Source: Vulcanimicrobiota bacterium (GTDB taxonomy: Bacteria > Vulcanimicrobiota > Vulcanimicrobiia > Vulcanimicrobiales > Vulcanimicrobiaceae). From it: a DNA stretch of 64,000 bases. A program made the translations under genes and the position numbers. This document shows, piece after piece, positions 57,611-64,000 of the stretch. The stretch lies in the NCBI GenBank assembly GCA_963695225.1, contig OY968762.1:1984001-2048000 (forward strand), in the 5' to 3' direction. Every line of letters starts with the position of its first letter. Within the stretch, counting starts at the first letter, position 1. The notes beneath the pieces are model-generated. The model saw nothing but the letters and a program-made list of their open reading frames with translations, was not told the DNA's origin and did no database searches.

Positions 57611-58416
57611 CCCCGCTGCGGTCCGCTCTCGCCGGCTGGCGCCCGGAGAGCGCGCCCGACTTCGGCGACGGCCTCGGAGCGATCGTGGCGGCCTGGCCCG
57701 CGATCGTCGGGCAGGCGAGCGCGAGCCACTCGCGGCCGGCCGAGTTGCGCGACGGCGTCTTGCTGATCCTCGTCACCGGGAGCGCCTGGAGCCAGCAACT
57801 CTCGTTCCTGGCGGACCGGATCCTCGTGGAGATCGCCGCGATTTCCGGGACGGAGAAGGTCCGCCGCCTGCGCTTCCGGGTGGGGCGCGTCCGCCGGCAG
57901 CAGGCCGCCCGCGCGGCGCACCGGAGCACGCCGGCCCTTCCGCTTCCCCCGCTCGATCCGGCGGCCTCGCCGCAGGAGCATTTGGCGCGCTTCCGGCGCC
58001 GGGTTGAAGCGGCGCGCCGGTCCTCCCACGCCGCCTGCCCCCTCTGCGGAGCGCGGCGCGACGAGGGGACGCCGTGCGCACCGTGCGAGGGTCTGGCGCG
58101 CGCCGAGCGCCAACGCGCGGCGGAGCGGCTGCTCTTCGATGCGCCATGGCTCGACGAGCACGCGCTGCGCTCGCAAGTCGCAGGCCTCGGCACCGACGAC
58201 GTCCGCGCCGTTCGGCGCCGCCTGCTCTCGCGCTGGCGCACGGCGATCGCGCGCGTCGAGCGCGCGAAACGCGTCGGAGAGTACGAGCGCCACATCGCGC
58301 AATCGTACGTCGTCCTGCAGTCGGGTGTCGCGCCGGATCGCATCGCTCCCGAAACGATCCGAAACCTCCTGGGCGCGGAACTCGCCGCATTGCTCTTTCC
58401 CGCCACGACGGGGTGA
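57604..58416 (+). CDS. DUF721 / DciA-family protein with C-terminal Zn-ribbon-like extension
   Basis: WPAIVG..HSRP..LRDGVLLI..SAWSQQLSF; CPLC..CAPC; recF-gyrB position. Confidence 0.82.
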   Translation: MLTPLRSALAGWRPESAPDFGDGLGAIVAAWPAIVGQASASHSRPAELRDGVLLILVTGSAWSQQLSFLADRILVEIAAISGTEKVRRLRFRVGRVRRQQAARAAHRSTPALPLPPLDPAASPQEHLARFRRRVEAARRSSHAACPLCGARRDEGTPCAPCEGLARAERQRAAERLLFDAPWLDEHALRSQVAGLGTDDVRAVRRRLLSRWRTAIARVERAKRVGEYERHIAQSYVVLQSGVAPDRIAPETIRNLLGAELAALLFPATTG

Positions 58417-60417
<2,001 letters not shown>

Positions 60418-60572
60418 GGGGGCGCGCCAAGACGCACGCCGCGTGAGTTCTCGCGCGGGTCTTGTGCGTGAGGATCGGCGGAAGGTGAAGTCCGGGGGCC
60501 CGTTTGGGTATATCGACTCGGTGAGTGCGTGGGCGGGAGCCTTTTGGACGCTCCTTCGTTAATGAGAGCGTC

Positions 60573-63500
60573 GTGAGCCGGATACCGATACGTGTAGCAG
60601 TCGGGGCCATCGTGGTTGCGGTGTTGCTTTTCGTCTTTCGCGCTCCGCTCGAGCGGAGCGCGATCTCCGCGATCCTGGGTGCCGCCCTCGGCGCTCACGT
60701 CTCGATCGGCACGGGCGAACTGCGCGCAGACGGCGCGGATTTCGGCCGAATCCGCATCGAGCGCAACGGCCTTCCGTTCTTCGAAGCGGAACGGATCGGC
60801 CTCGCGTACGTCGCGAGCGAAATTTTCGGGGCGAGCGAGCATCGCTTCGGCTTGCGCCGCGTCGACCTCGTACGGCCGCATTTCTGGCTCGCGCGGCTTC
60901 CCGACGGCTCGTTCAACCTTCCGGCCCGCGGCGCTTCCGGCGGCGGCGCGCCTCGCGGCCCGACGAGGCGCGGGACCCCGCTCGCGTTCGAGGCCAGCGT
61001 GCGGGAGGGGACGTTGACGCTGCTCGATCGCTCGCAGCGGACGCGCACGCCGCAAGACGTGGCGCTCGAGAACGTCTCCGGACGGCTGACGTACGCGGAG
61101 TCGGGCACGAGCCGCTACGCGCTTCGCGCGCGCCTCTCGAGCGGGGCCGCGCCTTCGCCCGTCCGGGCCCGCGGCTTCATCGATTTCGAACGCGGGCTCG
61201 CGCTGCACCGGCTTACGGCGACGGACGTCGCGCTGCCGGCGCTCCTGAACTTCGCGATCGATTCCCCGGTGATGCACGTGCGGGCCGGACGCATCCGCGA
61301 GCTCGACGTGCGCGCCTACGCGCTCGACGTCCGCCCCGACGCCGATTTCGGCTATCATCTCGCAGGCTCGGCGGACGTGCGGGACGGCCTCCTCGACTTT
61401 AGCTTCCTGCAGGCGCCGCTGCGCGACGTCCGCGGCCGCGTCGACCTCGTCGACGACGGGATCGTCGCGCCGAGGCTCGACGGCGTCCTCTCCGGCATCC
61501 CCGTGCGCGCGACCGGCGGACTCGTCCATTGGGACGGCCTCGCGCTCCGGCTCGCGGTCGAAGGAGACGGTTCCCTCGCGCAGTTGCGCCGCATCTTTGC
61601 GTTTTCGCGCGATCGGGACATCACGGGGCCGGTCCACGCCGGAGTCCTCGTCGAGGGCCCGCTCGGAGCGCCGGTCGTGCTCGCGCGTTTGCGCTCTCCG
61701 CGCGCGGCCTACGCAGCGATCCCGTTCGACGACGTGCGCGCGACCGTCGCGTACGCCGACTCGAGCGTTCTGATCGGGCCGGCGAGCGCCCGCTACGGTC
61801 CGCTCGCGGTGACGCTCGCCGGCGCCTTCGACGTAGGCGACCACCTCGGGACGCGCCTCGCCGTCGGCGCGAAGGGGCCCGCGGCGCGGGTCCCTTTCGC
61901 CGCCGAACTCGTCCCGGCGAGTACCGTCGCAACGCTCGGGATCCTGACGGGCTCCGACTCGGCGTTCGATCTTCGCGGCGTGCTCTCGGGCGACGGCCCG
62001 GGCGAACGGCTCGACGGACTGTATCACGTCGATCCGAAGGGGGACGGAACGCTCGGCCCTATCGCCGTCGAGCGCGCGGGGGGATCGTTCGCCGGCGCTT
62101 TCCTCCTGCGGCGTGAAGAGAGCGAAAGCGCGTTTTGGGCCGAGGCCCGCAATCTCGCGCTCGCTCCCTCCGCGACCCCGCCGGCGCTCCCCGGGCTCGC
62201 TGTGCCGTCGATCCCGTCGTCCTTCGGAGGACGTCTCGACGCGGCGATGGCCGGCATCGGGCCCCCCTCCGATTTTCGGCTCGCCGGTTTCGCGCGCTCC
62301 CGCAACCTGCGCGTCGGGGCCCTCGAGCTGGCTGGAGCCGGCGTCACGCTGGGCGGAACGCCGCAGAATCTCGGCCTCTCGGGGGTCGACGCATCCGGCC
62401 CCTGGGGCGCGTTCCGCGGAAGCGGCGGGTACGTGGGGGGGCGACTCGCGCTGCACGGGCGGTACGAGGGCTCGTTCCAACAGCTCGCTCGCCTGACCGG
62501 GGACCTCGGAGCGCGCGGCCCGGTCCACGGTCCGGTCACGCTCTTGATCGGGGGCGATCGCACGGTGGTCCAAACGACGGGGGCCCTGACTCCCGGAGCG
62601 ACCGTCCGCGGCGTCCCCGTCGACCGGCTCGAAGGAACGGTCGCCGTCGGCCCGCGGAATCTCGAGGTCTACTCGGCCCTGGGCGCGGTCGCCGGGGGAG
62701 TTCTCACCGCCGGCGGCGGGCTCGCGCTCGATGGATCCGGGGGGCGCTCCGTCGCCGTCACCGCTTTCGGACTCGATGCGTCCCGGCTGCGCGCGGCGGG
62801 CCTTCCTTTGGCCGGAGGGCGGCTCTCGGCGGTGGGGACGGTCGGCCTCGCAGGGGGCGGCCCGCTCGCGGATGCGAGCGTCATGCTCGACGGCGGGCGG
62901 TACCAGTCGCTGGGGTTCTCCGGGCACAGCGGCATGGTTTTCCAAGGTGGGACCCTGACGCTGGCGGGGGGCTCCGGGCTCGTCGACGGGACGGTCGGCC
63001 GGTTCGACGGCCGGCTCTCCGACGTCGGCCGGGCGCAGCGATACGACCTCGCGGTCTCGGTGCGGGGCGCGCAACTCGGACCGCTCGTGCGGCGGGCGTA
63101 CCCGCAGCGGCACGACGTCGGCGGAAGCATCGATGCGGATCTGCACGTCGGCGGCCGGGCGGCGGCGCCGACCGTTGCGGGGGTGGTCCGGCTCCCCGAG
63201 GGGACGGCGAACGGCCAGGCTTTCCGCGATGCTTCGGCCCAGGTCTCGTACGACGGACGGGCGGTCGGCGCGCGCGAGGGGAGCGTGACGGTCGGGACGA
63301 CGCGGGTCGGCTTCGCCGGGGCGGGGCGGAACATCCGCAACCTCTCGGCGCAGATCGGCGCCGAGACGGCCGATCTCGCCGATTTCAACGACCTCTTCGA
63401 CGAAGGGGACGTGCTCGGCGGCCGCGGGCGCCTCGCGCTCGCGTTCTCGCGCTCGCAGGGCGCGGTGACGACCTCCGCCGACGTCTCGATCGCAGATTTC

Positions 63501-64000
63501 CGGTATCGCCGCTTCGCGCTCGGGGACACGCACGCGGTTTGGTCGAGCCGGGGGCACCGTGTCCTCGGGACGCTTGGCTTCACCGGGCCCGCCGGAGGAC
63601 TGGATGCGAGCGGCGCGGTGACCCTCCCCCAGCGCTCGCGGCTGCGCACGCTGCTCGAGCACTCGGACTACGCGCTCTCGGCCCAGGCGTACGGTCTCGA
63701 CCTCGGCGTGTGGCTCCCCGCGCTCGGCTACGATCTTCCGCTGACCGGACGCGTCGACGCGAACTCCAGCGTCGCGGGGCGCTATCCGCAGCTCGAGGTG
63801 AACAGCAACGTGACGCTCCTCGGCGGCACGGTCGGAAAACTCCCCGTCGACCGCCTGACGGTCGACGCAAACTCGACGCTCGCGAGGACGACGATCACGT
63901 CCGCCGTTCTCGAAATGCCGACGCTCTCGGTGCGAGGCGACGGTTTCCTCGGCTTTGGGGCAAAGGACCCGCTCGATCTGCACGTGCATGCGACGAGCGC
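60573..64000 (+). CDS. TamB/AsmA-like envelope protein, truncated by window end
   Basis: Read by hand: GTG start, N-terminal TM (VAVGAIVVAVLLFVF), LRRVDLVRPHFWLARLPDGSFNLP; same frame reads sensibly at the window end; middle not checked codon by codon. Confidence 0.75.
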   Translation, partial: MSRIPIRVAVGAIVVAVLLFVFRAPLERSAISAILGAALGAHVSIGTGELRADGADFGRIRIERNGLPFFEAERIGLAYVASEIFGASEHRFGLRRVDLVRPHFWLARLPDGSFNLPARGASGGGAPRGPTRRGTPLAFEASVREGTLTLLDRSQRTRTPQDVALENVSGRLTYAESGTSRYALRARLSSGAAPSPVRARGFIDFERGLALHRLTATDVALPALLNFAIDSPVMHVRAGRIRELDVRAYALDVRPDADFGYHLAGSADVRDGLLDFSFLQAPLRDVRGRVDLVDDGIVAPRLDGVLSGIPVRATGGLVHWDGLALRLAVEGDGSLAQLRRIFAFSRDRDITGPVHAGVLVEGPLGAPVVLARLRSPRAAYAAIPFDDVRATVAYADSSVLIGPASARYGPLAVTLAGAFDVGDHLGTRLAVGAKGPAARVPFAAELVPASTVATLGILTGSDSAFDLRGVLSGDGPGERLDGLYHVDPKGDGTLGPIAVERAGGSFAGAFLLRREESESAFWAEARNLALAPSATPPALPGLAVPSIPSSFGGRLDAAMAGIGPPSDFRLAGFARSRNLRVGALELAGAGVTLGGTPQNLGLSGVDASGPWGAFRGSGGYVGGRLALHGRYEGSFQQLARLTGDLGARGPVHGPVTLLIGGDRTVVQTTGALTPGATVRGVPVDRLEGTVAVGPRNLEVYSALGAVAGGVLTAGGGLALDGSGGRSVAVTAFGLDASRLRAAGLPLAGGRLSAVGTVGLAGGGPLADASVMLDGGRYQSLGFSGHSGMVFQGGTLTLAGGSGLVDGTVGRFDGRLSDVGRAQRYDLAVSVRGAQLGPLVRRAYPQRHDVGGSIDADLHVGGRAAAPTVAGVVRLPEGTANGQAFRDASAQVSYDGRAVGAREGSVTVGTTRVGFAGAGRNIRNLSAQIGAETADLADFNDLFDEGDVLGGRGRLALAFSRSQGAVTTSADVSIADFRYRRFALGDTHAVWSSRGHRVLGTLGFTGPAGGLDASGAVTLPQRSRLRTLLEHSDYALSAQAYGLDLGVWLPALGYDLPLTGRVDANSSVAGRYPQLEVNSNVTLLGGTVGKLPVDRLTVDANSTLARTTITSAVLEMPTLSVRGDGFLGFGAKDPLDLHVHATS

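Overview
High-GC bacterial chromosome window spanning the replication origin. The origin block is rpmH-[DnaA boxes]-dnaA-[DnaA boxes + DnaA-trios]-dnaN-recF-DUF721/DciA-gyrB, followed by a TamB/AsmA-like gene that runs off the end. Leftward lie rnpA-yidD-yidC-jag-mnmE, mnmG-rsmG-cca, two parS sites, parAB, thiED and trpS. The left third holds fabF-rnc-smc-purH, hisS-accB, an ADP-heptose/LPS cluster (gmhA, gmhB, hldA, hldC, LpxB-like, 3 GT9, 3 GT2, csaA; hldD separate) and aspS. The middle holds rpmA-obgE-nadD-lysA-maf-mreBCD-mrdA. LPS genes plus Terrabacteria-type traits suggest a diderm Terrabacteria lineage, possibly Eremiobacterota (inference only). Most unusual signals: a 226-bp element with ~45-bp imperfect inverted ends beside an IS1202-like IS with a 15-bp target duplication; a 152-bp nested-palindrome element after mrdA; a 43-bp duplication of the gyrB 3' end; an MreB with Gln at the catalytic Glu; an LpxB-like gene apparently needing a CTG start or readthrough; an extended L27 without rplU/prp beside it; and a WYL regulator-lipoprotein metallopeptidase pair between mnmE and mnmG. 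No CRISPR array, rRNA or tRNA was recognised, and no novel multi-gene system can be established from sequence alone. Many starts were trimmed by hand from the ORF track.
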